In this document: positions 27,110 to 39,885 of the stretch, piece after piece | Layout of the letters: the number at the start of each line of letters is the position of its first letter | Numbering within the stretch: the stretch's first letter is position 1 | Assembly (NCBI GenBank): GCA_000934665.2 | Contig: JYFJ02000290.1 | Span: 62,001 to 126,000, forward strand | DNA: 64,000 nucleotides | Reading direction: 5' to 3' | Source: Catajapyx aquilonaris | Lineage: Eukaryota | Notes under the pieces: generated by a model | Seen by the model: only the letters and a program-made list of their open reading frames with translations | What the model was told of the DNA's origin: nothing | The model's database searches: none | Program-made: the position numbers and the translations under genes

Positions 27110-27610
27110 CCTTCAGGGGACAGACCCCCTGCCCACAACTAAAATATCAGCACCGGTCCACATGGGACACTTTTCTGACGGGAAACAAAACTCTCTCCCT
27201 GCCAGACTCATCCATATAACCCCGAAAACACCTCTGCATTTGGGGATTTAAGGGATTAGTCCCAGTGTTCTACTTCACCTAACGATCCAGCATACTCTTG
27301 GGGGTCCAGCCCTCATCCCATCCCAAAACTACCCCCTCCCCACCAACCCAAACCTACTCTATAGCAATGGCAAGTTTCAGTTACCTGGGCTCTGAATTGT
27401 TGATACATCGGCATAATCCGGCCCATTTATGCGGTTAGGTTATTAAGGGACTTGATCTGGTCTGTGGGTTGAAACAAAGGGCTGAATAAACCAGGGGGAT
27501 CCAGCTCAAATTATAATCGTGTTTGCAGTGGAACAAATAGGGACAATCGCTAACATGGCTACAATTACAAATGGAAGGCTGCTAGGAATTAGGGGGCCGG
27601 GGACCATTTA
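27110..27610 (+). ncRNA. Candidate structured RNA island
   Basis: CAGGGG/CCCCTG hairpin; CAGCCCT (27307-27313)/AGGGCTG (27478-27484) enclosing CAACCCA/TGGGTTG. Confidence 0.35.
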
Positions 27611-28002
27611 TCCTGAAATAATAGTGAGCAAATGTCTCCTAATTACTGGCAATTGCTAAGGACAAGAACGACCATGCCTTTATTTGCTAATTTTAATTTG
27701 ATCAAGATGTGTCTGAATTATGTTTTTAAAATATTTTACGAGCAAATGGACTGTACTGGTACTTGTAATCATATGGCTCTGTATAGGTATAATATGGGTT
27801 AAATTGCCAAGTGCTTTCGTTTTATTACATTTTTAGATGACAGCACGCTCTGCTGAAGTCCCATACGTCACAGTCCGTCACACAGACAGCGTGACGTACC
27901 CCAAAGGACAAACCCCTCAGTATAATCGATGGGTCGATGACAGACAAGTCATGGCTCAGCACTTTTAATCTATTTAGTCGCTCCGGAATCTAAAAGAACC
28001 CT

Positions 28003-28650
28003 CTTCCCAGAGTCATGTGCACCCACAGTTTGGAGAAGAGACGACCTCAGGCTCAGCCACCGAATCAATAGACCCACCCCATCACCCTTCCTCTTAACCC
28101 ACCAAAAAACGTCCTGGATCCTCCAAGGGTCCTGATTGCGCCTATTGCACCCTGGCCGAACCGATAGAAACTGGGAAAGGACCTCCCCCAAAAAAATATA
28201 AGTCTGAGAGGAGTTCAATGTCGCCAAGCTGGTACCCCGAGAGCAACAAATAGGATTACTCTTGGAGTCTGGGACTCGTTCGTCTCCGGAAGAAATAGGT
28301 CTCGCAGCTAATAAAGCCTCTCTTGGCTTCTTCTCTCGAGACAATACCGGAATCCGTACTCATCGCAGCTGCGATTCCTGGATTTCGCCACAACTGGATA
28401 GGGGGGATATATCTACAGCCTGGTCTGATATTAAGTGCAAGGGACGATCAATGTGGTTGGGGGAAAAGAGTGAGAGTAATGAACTTGGTTTCCTTTCCAG
28501 CTCAATCGGTTACCAATACGTATCCTTTCAGGGCCCTATCAGGTCTGACCGCCAGATTCGTTCGGGATGATCGATGAAATAAGGCTTGATGGCGACTTGT
28601 GTGTTTTTCTGAGCTTGGGTTTTGGGGAAGTGCCTTGATTGGGCTCTGGC
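28003..28650 (+). ncRNA. Candidate ~650-nt rod-like RNA
   Basis: Nested 28003-28008/28625-28630, 28049-28056/28609-28616 (G-U), 28126-28135/28528-28537 (G-U), 28159-28165/28505-28511 and 28171-28180/28492-28500. Confidence 0.52.
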
Positions 28651-30575
28651 ATGTGCACTGTTTTATTTGACTAATTTTATTCATAATTTTACTGATTGAA
28701 GTGAGAAAAAATTATGCGAAAACAAGAATTGGGCGAAAGATTTTTCATGACAAAAAATGCTCCATGCGGTGCTGTTGGATAATAAGAAGTTGCTCCGATG
28801 CAATTTCAATAGCCCGCATTAGAAACTTTGCAAATGGAAACTACATACTGTAAGTTATATAATATTAGGGACCACTCTCAGATAGAGTTTGAAAAACAAA
28901 AGGTGCTGCTTCGTAGCCATAATGTAGAGCGTATACACTGTACTGCCTACATATATGCGATAAAGCCAGCAAGACCGCAGTAGACGTAAGGTAACTTTCC
29001 ATGAGTCAACGCAAACATAGTCCACCAAGTGTGTGAGATTTTGCCTCCATTCTGAGAATTTAACCAAAGTAAACATCAGTTAAGAGACCTGTAGGCAAGT
29101 TGGTAAATACAACTTTGCCACTGCAGAATGACGTCATTGCCGAGACGGCCGCCTAGGAACTTAACATTACTGACCCGTATACTGTAATACCAGCTCTTGA
29201 TATAATACTCTGCGGACTTGCCGTCTTGCACACCGAACTGCTGCTTTTCTATGCAAAATGCGTCGGGATACTGTACAGTGCATGGTCCATCCCAAACCTA
29301 TTTGAAATCGCAAGTAAGTGTTCCCATCCATTGAAAATGTCAAGCCTCTTGGATAACAAGCCGATGGGACCCGTGACAACCGTTCACCTCCTTTGAGAGC
29401 CTGAATGGCCATGTATAATCCCATTATTTCCGGCATTTGGTTTTCTTTGATCTCCACTCCTGGTCCGTGTGTGCTGCACTTGTACACATTTGAAACCCTT
29501 GAACAATCACTATTCGAGTGGAACCTCAACCCTAGCTTTGCTTATTGGTTAAAGAGTGAGGGAAGTGCAAGCCCGTATCGCCATTGTTACACGGCTCATT
29601 ATACTGTGTACGGTACATTCTACTGAAAGTAACCGGATTCCTCATCCCACCATGAATCGTAATGCGGATCCATGTTCTCTCAAGTACGAGTAGGCACTCT
29701 GATAGACAGAAACAAAACAGTGAGTTCAGGTATCCGAATTCTGTTATGTCTACAGCAAGAGAAGCATGTCTCGTACCCTCTAAGCTAGCTGACTGTATTT
29801 TTGCAACTAGTGACCAACGGCGGTGCACTTTCGTAATTATATAATTTTTGCATGCAACATGGTCTAATTGGGCCAACTTTCAGGAACCTTTTAATTAAGC
29901 CGAATAAATAGGCTCTTTGAATGAATCCGCAAAACTCATCGCTTTGTTAATTAGGCGGGTAAGCCCTCGCTCATAAGCAGCGCTGGTACTCTACATTCAG
30001 TAAAAATATGAGCCGATTTTTTTTTTTTGCATCTTCAGCAACTGTATGTTATCCCAGCTGGATTTATTAGTAGGCATAATCTGAGTGTTGGCGACCGGCT
30101 ACATTTAAATAAATATAGGCTAGTCCAAAAGGAATTTACGATATAGATCTTACTTATTAGTAGTTGTTATTCAGTAAGTTAGTGTAAAACATTAGGCGAC
30201 TTGCATTACTTCAAAGCTTCACCGATTGGATTGCCTTTGTAGAACACACAACTAATATAATTTATTCAAATTTATCAGTAATACGCTCGTATTAATATTT
30301 ATGCTTAGTGGATAACAGCTCGTAAATACATAATTATTTTTGTTAGATCACCTTACATTATGAAATGCCAGAACAGCCATGATTTTGCACATAAATAAAA
30401 TAATATTGAAACCGGCTCATACATTATAATGATTGATTCCATCTGCAGTATAGAACTATGAGGTCCACATAAAAACGTCAGACATCCAATTTTCCACCCC
30501 AGATTCTCATCATCCCATACTGTACAAGTCTGGATATCAGTTTTTTTTTTACACAGAGTAAACCCCGCTTATTTT

Positions 30576-31223
30576 TCCCTTCCATCTGCTGGCAAAGCAT
30601 CACCTGCACAAGACATCCGAGTTCCAACTAACAAATGTCTTCACATTTATTTTGACTACAAAACGCCGGTGTGTACCTCCACTAAAGTCGATACTTTTTT
30701 CCAACAACACTTTTTTCCCCCCCAACCTTTCTCATCGATCAAGATGGATCGTGTGCAACTTGTTGGGCATTGAACTCGAGTAGGTTGGGTTGTGACTGGG
30801 CGCTTCCAATATTGGGCTCTCGGGATAAAAAGGAACCGAGGAGCTTTACTTTCCCTTCATCGCGTACAAAGTGCCGGATTAGCCCGTTTGAACCAAAAGC
30901 GCGGTAAAATCCCCTTGGAAATGCCTGGATGTCCTTTTCTACCCCTCCTAAAGATAACCGCGCGAGGTTTAAAAAAAAATGTATGGGTCCGCCTGACAGA
31001 CTTTTTGGGTAGAGATTAGTGGTCGTGGGATTGGGAGATTCCTCGGTAGGGCAAAAGATTCTGCTTTCCCACAAAACGGCCTCGCGACTCATTAACCCCG
31101 TAAAAGAGAAGCGAGGGCAATTATAAGGACACGAATGGCTAATCCCAGGGCCAGGACTGGTTTCTTTTTGCCAGCATAAATCTAAAGTCGTGACGTGTGA
31201 TATGTGCATCGCAGGAGAAGGGA
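30576..31223 (+). ncRNA. Candidate ~650-nt multibranched RNA
   Basis: TCCCTTC/GAAGGGA closure; TGCTGGCAAA (30587-30596)/TTTGCCAGCA (31167-31176); CCCAACCT/AGGTTGGG; ACCGAGGA (30835-30842)/TCCTCGGT (31040-31047); GCGCGGT/ACCGCGC. Confidence 0.5.
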
Positions 31224-32546
31224 CAAATCTTTTGCCTCCACCCACAACGTTTTTGTTGTTATTAAAACTCCGCCCAGTGCTAAATAATTAAGGAGCGCCT
31301 TTTATTTCATTTAGAAGCACCGCGCGTTATTAGCGGCTTAAGACTGCAAAAAGAAGGTATAGAATGCTGATCAATGTGTCACACTCTAGTAGGGAGGTGT
31401 ACGCCTTTGATTTCAATTGAGATTGGGCAAATTTAATTTACTGGACTTCAACAAGTGCGAGAAGCAAATGGATGTTTTCAAATATTGTGTCGGTTACTTC
31501 AAAAATATTTGTGCACTGATTGGATATCAGAATCTGTATGGAAAATACTGTTCACATTGATGCTTTGATTGATGCAACTCCACTGAACCGTCCCCGTCGT
31601 TACTGAAAAATCGTGCAGTGTGTTTTTAGTAAAATATTATAATTTTAAAGCACAAAACTGTACTCTGTATATAATGTTTAGTTAATGGAGTTTTCGGCTG
31701 TGAAATTGTAGGGGAATTAACGGGCGTATAATTTCGCCAGTTGAGCAGGCTTTTGAAAAGCGTTGCGCGGCAACCCATTCCGCATAACAAAACCCTATTG
31801 GATCAACAATTTCCCCTTTCAGAGCCTCTAGGTAAAGGTTTTTATGCGTGCATAAAGCAAGTAACTAGCAGCATGAAAATAGATATCAGCTACTGTGTTG
31901 GTTTCCTTTCCGGAATTATGGGCTAAAATGATTCCAGAGAGTTGAAACTTTGCCTTCAGACCAGAATCAAGATAATGCATCACGTGGGGATTATCTTCCA
32001 CAATATACTAACTGTGGAGCACAAGGCACAAGCTCAGCTACAAGCGCACAGTGTCCTTTGTTGTGCGTAATGGCATACCAAGTTCTCTCAGTGCAGGTTC
32101 CTAATTAGGAACATAAGGTCATAAACTCCACGATTCAGGAGCAAGTGAATAAATCTGCTCGTAAAACCCTATGTACGCTGCAATTTGCGTATGTGTACGC
32201 GAACATGTTTCTCAGTACAAGTGGGCATCTACATTGCCTTTTTCGCTGACCTCTCATGAAATGGTGGACAATAAAGAAGTTTTTATCTCCCCCTTTAACA
32301 CTTTCGGAATAATCTACACAGCTCTGCAGATTTTTGTCTACATTTAAACATTTACAAAAAAAATGCAAATAATTTTGTCGATGTGGCATAAAAAGATATT
32401 TTTGAGTTCCTTTCTTTGTTATCCACGACTTTAAGTGACGTTTCGTATAACTGCCCGGAGCGAATCGACTTGCACTCTGATATCCGAGTAGAATATTATT
32501 CAGGTTACGGATATTGCTAAAGTAATACCCATCGAAAAAGCTGGTA

Positions 32547-33007
32547 GCCCCGGTCATAATTGGAAACTCTGAGCAAGCCAGATATCTGTTACTCGAATCT
32601 GAAATCGTGTACTAACAGATTTCACCAGTTTCCAGCAAATTCGCCAAAATAATAACGTCCAAAAAAATGCATAACCCTTATCAGCAACGTTGATTGATCC
32701 TCTTGGTAAATGTTTAGCCAAAGTTCGGGCAGGTGCAACAACCCAATAAGATAAAGGCAAGAATGAAAAAAAGAAGAAGGGGGGCCCTCCTGGTACTGAT
32801 AAAGAACGACAGGTTCCACCGGTTGCGGGTCAGCTGGGGGCTTGAACCTCCGGAATTTTTCTCATCCGAAACGCCCACTGAAGTTGCCTTACCACCCTGT
32901 TCCGAACTTATCATTTTCTACTGGTATTTTCAGAAAGGACAAGGCTAATGTGAATTACCCCTGGAGAAATATGGCGTCCTTGCCCAGAGATTAGTGTGGC
33001 ACGGGGC
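32547..33007 (+). ncRNA. Candidate structured RNA island
   Basis: GCCCCG/CGGGGC closure; TGGAAACT/AGTTTCCA with ATCTGTTA/TAACAGAT; nested 32714-32719/32943-32948, 32721-32728/32902-32909 and 32754-32760/32884-32890. Confidence 0.47.
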
Positions 33008-33602
33008 AATAGAATTTTAGGGTTACAAAAAAAATGGACAAACAGGAAGTATATGTCATTTTTTGTAATATGTACCTGTAAAGGGTGGTGCACTTTAATT
33101 TATTTATATGGTTATTATTATTATGTTCGTACATATTATTAACTTCGTTATTTTTAATGCTTACTACAGCAGCCACCTGTTGATCAGTCAGGGCCAAATG
33201 CATTTGATTATTATTCATTTTTTTGGTATTTTTGTATTAAAAAGTTGGCTGTTGTGGGTAACAATCTGCTCCCTCATGACGGGAAAAGTACATTCTCCTG
33301 AATTTTTAAACTAATTACCACATGCCCCAGCTAATTATCGATTGTTTGAATCTCTGATGTATTCTTAGATAGATGGCTATTTTTGCTTATATTGATTACC
33401 ACCCAGCGAGGTATCAATAATACACCGTTGCAAACATGCAATATGTTGCTAATAACTCTTTCATCACGGAGCTTGGTAAACAACAAGCTAACAGCGCACT
33501 AATTACACCACGACATCATGCACAATCTAGCATTTCGAGGTTAGTCACGCAAACGACACAACTCCTTATGAACCTAATGAATCATTTATAACATTCTTCC
33601 CC

Positions 33603-34280
33603 CCGCCAAGTGTGACTACATATGCCAACTTCATACAGCAGTTTAGGTATGCAAAGCAAGTCTGTCCTTGCTCGATGCAAGCAAGCAAGGAGCTGTCCTA
33701 GTCCGAATATGGAAGCTCCAAGAGGACTATAAAGCGACAGAACTTTATGCAAATGACAAGTCCAGCCCTTTTCACTTTACATGGAAGATCCCAAGGAAGC
33801 AGGTAGAGTTGTGGAAAAGGTAGGGGCCTCCTGGGAAGAGGTGATTATGGTACCCTGTAGGGGATATTCGCTGACCATTTGCATAAAGACCTCTCCGACA
33901 AGTGGCGGCTTTCATGCAAGCAAATAAGCCCAATGAGGGTGCAATATCACTGAGGGGGGTCCGGAGCCTTGAGAAGAGAGCCGGAGCAGACACTCGGCCT
34001 CCTGAAAATTGCTATGCAAAGTCGAGTGCCACTCGTACCAAGGCATTCCCTCCAGAGAGTGAACCCCTTTTGCCTTCTTTTTTTCTACCCAGCTTCAATC
34101 CCTGAGCCGAAAAACTGCCAAGCTTGAAAGCTGAAAAAACATCGCGGGATGCACTGATTTGCCTTTCACTCAGGGCTGGGTGCCCGCGGGCTCCTTTTTG
34201 CAGTGGTCCAATTGAATACTTCTGGATGCCAGGTCCAGAAATGACCTGATTTTTGCGTCTCAGGCTGGGATGTGGCCAAG
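33603..34280 (+). ncRNA. Candidate multidomain structured RNA
   Basis: Perfect 13-bp CTTTATGCAAATG (33743-33755)/CATTTGCATAAAG (33876-33888) inside CCGCCA/TGGCGG; a second domain with GCTTTCA/TGAAAGC and CACTCGGC/GTCGAGTG. Confidence 0.45.
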
Positions 34281-34282
34281 GA

Positions 34283-34588
34283 TATACGCTTGTCAACTGA
34301 CAGAATTTTCTATGGTATGGTTAGGATAGGTTAGGATAGGTTAGGACAGGTTAGGACAGGTTAGGATAGGTTAGGATAGGTTAGGATAGGTTAGGATAGG
34401 TTAGATAAGGTTAGGATAGGTTAAGATAGGTTAGGTTAGGATAGGTTAGAATAGGTTAGGATAAGTTAGCTTAGGTATAACGTCACATTAGCACTGGTTG
34501 AACAGTCAGTTTGTGCAGGATTCGTCCTTTCCCAACACCGATCTACATCCGCGTGACGCAGTTTTGTCAAATGGCCCGCAAACGTATA
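34283..34588. mobile_element. Putative non-autonomous DNA element carrying an internal TTAGG-type repeat
   Basis: Imperfect inverted ends TATACGCTTG...TGACAGAATT / AGTTTTGTCA...CAAACGTATA bracket the repeat tract. Confidence 0.5.
34321..34475 (+). repeat. (TTAGGATAGG)n telomere-like interstitial repeat, ~15 units
   Basis: Directly visible 10-bp periodicity alternating TTAGG and ATAGG/ACAGG. Confidence 0.95.
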
Positions 34589-34606
34589 AATCAACCTTTA
34601 TGGAGT

Positions 34607-35097
34607 TGACACTCGACAGCGATAGGTGCAAAGAATGAGTCACGACGAGGGGCATAAACACTCCAATGCGGTACGTAGTTTTGTCTAATTTTCAGAGAGT
34701 ATAAAACCCGACCATGCAATGTGACACTCCTAGAGACGGCAGGCACTGGGTGAGAGTTAGAGCGGTATTCCATCGGAATTACCGCCATGAAAGTGCGCAC
34801 ACTCGTATCAGAGGACACCACGGAGGATCTGGGATAAAGGCTGAGCAATCTGGGTCCTACAAAGCCTCACTGTGGGGGCCCGTTACTCTGCAGGCGAATT
34901 GCTGCGAGGAAAACGCGTTCAATTATTTACCCTAGATAGGAAGGGGTTAACCGGTGGCAACAGTTGGCCCCTGCTGGACAAAGGCGGTGGGAAAATTTTG
35001 GACTATTCATTTCTCGGTATGATTATGGGGGTCGGATGCGGAGAAAAATTTGTCACTTTTAATGGTCGATGTAACTGCGACAGCACAGGGTGTGTCA
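34607..35097 (+). ncRNA. Candidate structured RNA island
   Basis: TGACAC/GTGTCA, CCGACC/GGTCGG, GCGGTA/TACCGC and AGGGGTTAAC/GTTGGCCCCT (2 G-U). Confidence 0.35.
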
Positions 35098-35716
35098 TAA
35101 AAATTTAGGCAAACTTCTAGAGTAAACTGAGGGATACCAGGCGGTTTATTCATATAGAGGAATAATTCTTTTGCCTGTCTGACGTAATTTTAGCTTCAAA
35201 CACTGTGAAGTATCCTGGTAGGTATACGTCCCTCCACACCATTTGCTTTTCAAGTACTGTGTATTCCGGATCAGGCTCTCTGCCACATAGATGATACCAT
35301 AATGTACTTGCTGATTACTGCCGATAATTATCTCAGCAACTAGTCTGAGGACAGTGAGGAGAACAAATGATACTTCCAGTTCACAGTCGCTAGAAGTTTG
35401 AATCATTATGGAACATTCTGAAACACACTGTAAGCTACATGAATATATTTTTATTGCGCGCAAATCCGTTTTAGGAACGGCGTTTCGCGAAAAAAGTTTC
35501 ACGGCTCCCATTATGCGACTTCAAAGTCCCGGGGCCATATAACCGTGGGTGTCGTATACGGTGGGAGGAATCCCTCTCCCTTCATAATATTAGCAAACGC
35601 AAACAATGCTCTAAAATGATGCAATTTGGAAGCTGCGAAAGCTGCGCGATAAAATCTCCTCTCCTCTCATTAAGCTAGGAAAGGCAACAATGTCGTGCCC
35701 CCTTTGCATCAACCCA

Positions 35717-36120
35717 CCATGGACAGTGCAGAGAGAGTGGTCGGTGTGGAAATCCAGCAAATTCATTACCGACCTAACGCATCTGCGCTGGTGTGGAGTC
35801 TATTCATTTCAAAACCAACTCCAGCTGGACTACACCTCATTGAATTGCTATGGCTCCCATACCCAGTAGCCTATACCAGCCGGCTATTGCTTAGCCGTCA
35901 AACACAAATTAATTTCCGCGATGAAAGGAGGCTGTGGGCGTTACCCCCCAAAAAACGAGGACTTTGTGCACATGTCTGCTAATACAAATGGCCAGCGTTG
36001 GTCCATCAAACTAGGGTAAATCAACCTTGTCACGGGATACCTAAGCCTTCTGGGAATTAGCGACCATAGTTGCGTTGTTACGCTCGAGATGGCACAAACA
36101 CCATTGCGGGGCGATCCATG
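35717..36120 (+). ncRNA. Candidate structured RNA island
   Basis: CATGGA/TCCATG closure; GTGCAGA..GGTCGGT/ACCGACC..TCTGCGC; TGGAGT/ACTCCA; GCTATGG/CCATAGT. Confidence 0.35.
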
Positions 36121-36382
36121 CGCCATCTACAAGCCTGAAAATACTCGCGTTACTTGGACATTACTTCACAAACGGGGGATGTCGTTAATTTTTAATCGGC
36201 CAGCACTATACCTAGTTTATTGCACGTCGCCGCACACTTACGCTTTATGCCCGGATAGCCCTGCACTGTTATACTCGTTTCAATATCCACCGTTAGATTT
36301 TTAAAAAACACGAGTGGTTAATTACGAGCCGGGTTTGTTCGCGCATGTTTGCTAATTACGTACAAACTGACTGACCTCCCGG

Positions 36383-36830
36383 TGCCCATACATTATGAGG
36401 AGGTGCTCCATCGGCAGAATTTTGTTGGACACCCATCGATCCGTATACCGTTGGTCTGAAGCTGTAAATTGTCTCTCGCTTCCTTCTCCGCCAATTATCG
36501 GTGCTAATAAGCAACGCTTGCATATAACTGCACGAGGCCAGCAGAGATGGCGGTTGAAGGAAGCAGTTTACAGGAGGCGCCCTTCCAAATGGCTTCCTAG
36601 TGGCCCATAAATAAGGGATTGGAGAGGGTGTGGGGCTACATTGGCAGCTGAGAAAATGAGCAAAGTTTGGGGACTAGAGTGGGCATCTTGCAGGCCCCAC
36701 GATGCCTCTGGAGGGTTCTCCCCCAACCTCCAACGCCATTCCAAGATCTTCGACAGGTGTCTCCGAAGTTGCGGGGTCTTCTTTGAAACAGCTCTCAAGA
36801 TGTGGGGTGGAGGCGGCGAAGACTTGAAAG
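36383..36830 (+). ncRNA. Candidate structured RNA island with a ~110-nt hairpin
   Basis: 36462-36470/36565-36573 (G-U), GCTTCCTTC 36478-36486/36556-36564 and CCGCCA 36488-36493/36548-36553; adjacent hairpin GCGCCCTTCCAA/TTGGAGAGGGTGT. Confidence 0.47.
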
Positions 36831-37536
36831 GTTTTTGATTCTTGTCGCAACCTGGAATCAACCATCTTCTGACAGGCGTCTCCAAAAATAACCAAAATCT
36901 ATTTACCTAGTGCACTAAAATATGGCTACAGGAAAATAACTGCTATTTTAATACTGTAGCACAGCTTCCATTCCTAATTTTTTTACAATAATTTTAACGT
37001 AGAAATCTAGCTTTACGCGCTGATTAAATGACATGCTAGACATCAAAGAACGCTTTACTTAACTCTTTTTATAGAGCCTGCAAAGTCGCCTGGCGGGATA
37101 GCAGACTTCACAGGGATAGCCCCCGCCTGTGAAGCAATCGAACTTGCTCTCGTACTTCATCGCTTTTTACCTTCTTTGGAAATAACACCCTTTTGCAATA
37201 TCCAAAAACTAAGTCTTAAGACCACTTTTCACACAGCCGTACTCGTTTCAGAACCTAGATTAAAGTGCAGATAATTCATGCGACCTGAAGCTAGCACTGC
37301 AACCCAAAACTTTTCAATTACAGCTCCAAGAGAGAGATCGCTCAACTTGGAGGAAAGCGGAAAAAAATGTCGCTGCTTGTCGAAGGGAAAATATAGGACC
37401 CCATGCCCTCTCTCTCCATGCACTTTATAGTCACATCCCATCCACTGCCATTTCCAATATGACGTCGTCATCACTCTCGGTTGCTAAAACGGTCATGGGC
37501 TCTCCATATTGATGAGAGCACCTTAGACTCCTTCAA

Positions 37537-37759
37537 TTTCACCCCAAGATGTCCAAGTAGTAGGGTTATATCCCTCACTCTCCTTTAAGCCAAAGAACGA
37601 TCTGACGTCACGCCAGTCGTGTTTTCTGAGCATGCGCAGTAGTTTGATTGCAGAGCGATTCAAGGAAGAGCCGGGTGGAGGCAAGGCTGAACGTGACATC
37701 AGATCGTTCTTTGGTTTAACAGACTGCATAACTATTCAGGACAAACATAGTGGGTGAAA
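37537..37759 (+). ncRNA. Candidate long hairpin RNA with a 28-bp stem
   Basis: 37585-37612 pairs with 37692-37719 (26 Watson-Crick, 1 G-U, 1 C-A), enclosed by TTTCACCC/GGGTGAAA. Confidence 0.55.
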
Positions 37760-39543
37760 AATGGCGATCAACCAACCTGTTTATGCACACGTTCCAGGAT
37801 ATGTGCAATGTGGGTGGCCGCGTGTGTCTCATGGGCATCGTTCTATATTTTAGACCGGATTTGGACCAATCTATTCACCCGCGCTGAGAAGTCCGAGTAA
37901 ATCAAACAAGCCCCTGGGTACCCCCCTCCACAAATCATGATTAGAGTAGCCCTGGTGACCTTTTTTGGGGGATGCCCTCTCGGCCAATTTGCCTGCTTGT
38001 TTAAGCCCCAAGAGTGGATGCAGATGGAGTTTGGACCGAAATGAGGCGGCTAGACTGAGAGAGCAGAGGAATCTGCAGGGGCTAATGCCTTGCTTTACGT
38101 CTCGCCTGGTATAGCTGGGGCCCCGGATAAATGAGAGCCTGGGACAGTTTGCGGGGAACCGTCTGCGGGGATGCGCTATTAATTGGTTATGTCAGTGCCT
38201 TCCGGGAAGTGTAACTGCGTGCAAATTGAATCCGACGGGAGTGGACCGCGATTTCGGTTGCCGGTGTCTCTTGCCGTGGAGTTTAGGCACAAACATTAAG
38301 TGATGGCGCGGATAAAATAATTAGTCGGCACCTCCGACTCTCTGGGTATCCATTTCGCGTCTATAGTCGTGGATATAGTCTTATCAAGCAGTTCCCAGCA
38401 GCTGCGTGCAGCTCAGTTTGCGATAATTTCATTTGGCGAATATATACAGTAGAGTGCGGGACTACAGAACCGGATTGTGAAATCAGTGTAATTTTGTCGT
38501 TAGCCATTTTGTGTTTTTATATTATTAGCACGTTTTTGCCGATCCAAGAGAAATACACTGTTTAAAAATATTTCGATATAATAGCTCAAAGCAAAGATTT
38601 GATAACGATCGCTGGTTCATTATGAATAGTTAGGACTAATTAGCTTCACCAGGCAATATAACATTAAAAATACCATTCAAAAGCGCCAAAATTGGACATA
38701 GCCCACGATGTTATCATAACTGATAGTATAGGTCTATTGTACTACATTCAGGCACTGAATAGACTGCGTGCTTCCTCAACTCGTTGAAATACCTAATCTA
38801 AATATTGACGGCATAACATTGTTAATATTGTATGCGAGGATGTATAGAATTAATGGGAGGAATTGTTAGAGCATCTGCTTGCATCAGTGGTTTGGAGCAG
38901 TGGCGACCAAATTCAATAGTGGTCTTGCTCAGGGTGCTGTACAATTTCCAACAAAACAAGTACAATCAGGTTGAAAGCTGGGGATAAGATCAGCACAATA
39001 GTTTTGTGACTTGTTACATTGTTGCCGTTGTAGCAATTACCCCAGTATTCAATATTCATGTAATATATCTCGCAATTATTCACGGAAATGTAGAGAGAAT
39101 ACGCTGCAACTGAATGTCCTGAGGCATTTCAAGATAACTGACGCGAAAGATAATAATTACACTTTGGTGGATACAGGACTATTTACTTCTCCGCAGGTTA
39201 AGGGCTTATTCTCAAGCGCATGGGAACAAGCCCTTACGCCATAGTATAAATTACCCCTCAGTCTGTGCGTCCATGTCGATTGTAACGTAGTTCATTACGA
39301 TTACAAACGCGTACTTTTTGCTGCAAGTTACCAGATCACATCGCTATTCACCCCAAGTAGCAAGCACCCATGCAGATTTGCAGTCTGGTTGCTACCACCC
39401 TTATTTATTATTGAAAAGGTGTCCGGAACACCTCCCTATACACCACATCTCTTAGTAATATATGTCTACCCATTAATATACGAGACTGGCAGTAATTAAA
39501 ACGAATGTCCTATTTATTGTGTCGGGTCCTCTTCTTAAATTCA

Positions 39544-39885
39544 GACCCGCGCACCTGGCTCCACATGAGTGAATAATGAGATTAGAGGCTAAAATCTCTC
39601 CTGAGAAGAGCGCCTGCTCCCTGATAACTACTTCTCAGAGAGGCTGCGTCTTCCTTGGACTAATTTGCCATGCACTAGGTTTCCCATGTAAACTGGGAGA
39701 GAGTGGCTGTCGTGTCCACTCGGCCCGGGTTTTCTTGCCAACTTGCGGTTGTTCCGCAGGCATTTCCTGAAGGATACAACTCCGGAGATTAGGTCCCGCA
39801 GGCCTAATTAACAACACGGCGTCGTGCGTAATTTGGAATTACAACGGAGCAGGTCGCTCAGCCTGTCATAAGAGTGCGCCGGGTC
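39544..39885 (+). ncRNA. Candidate ~340-nt rod-like RNA / non-coding exon
   Basis: GACCCGCGCAC (39544-39554)/GTGCGCCGGGTC (39874-39885); GAGCGCCTGCTCC (39608-39620)/GGAGCAGGTCGCTC (39846-39859). Confidence 0.5.

Noticed and set aside
34321..34475. True telomere or chromosome end
   Set aside because: Short, interstitial and degenerate, with ordinary sequence on both sides.
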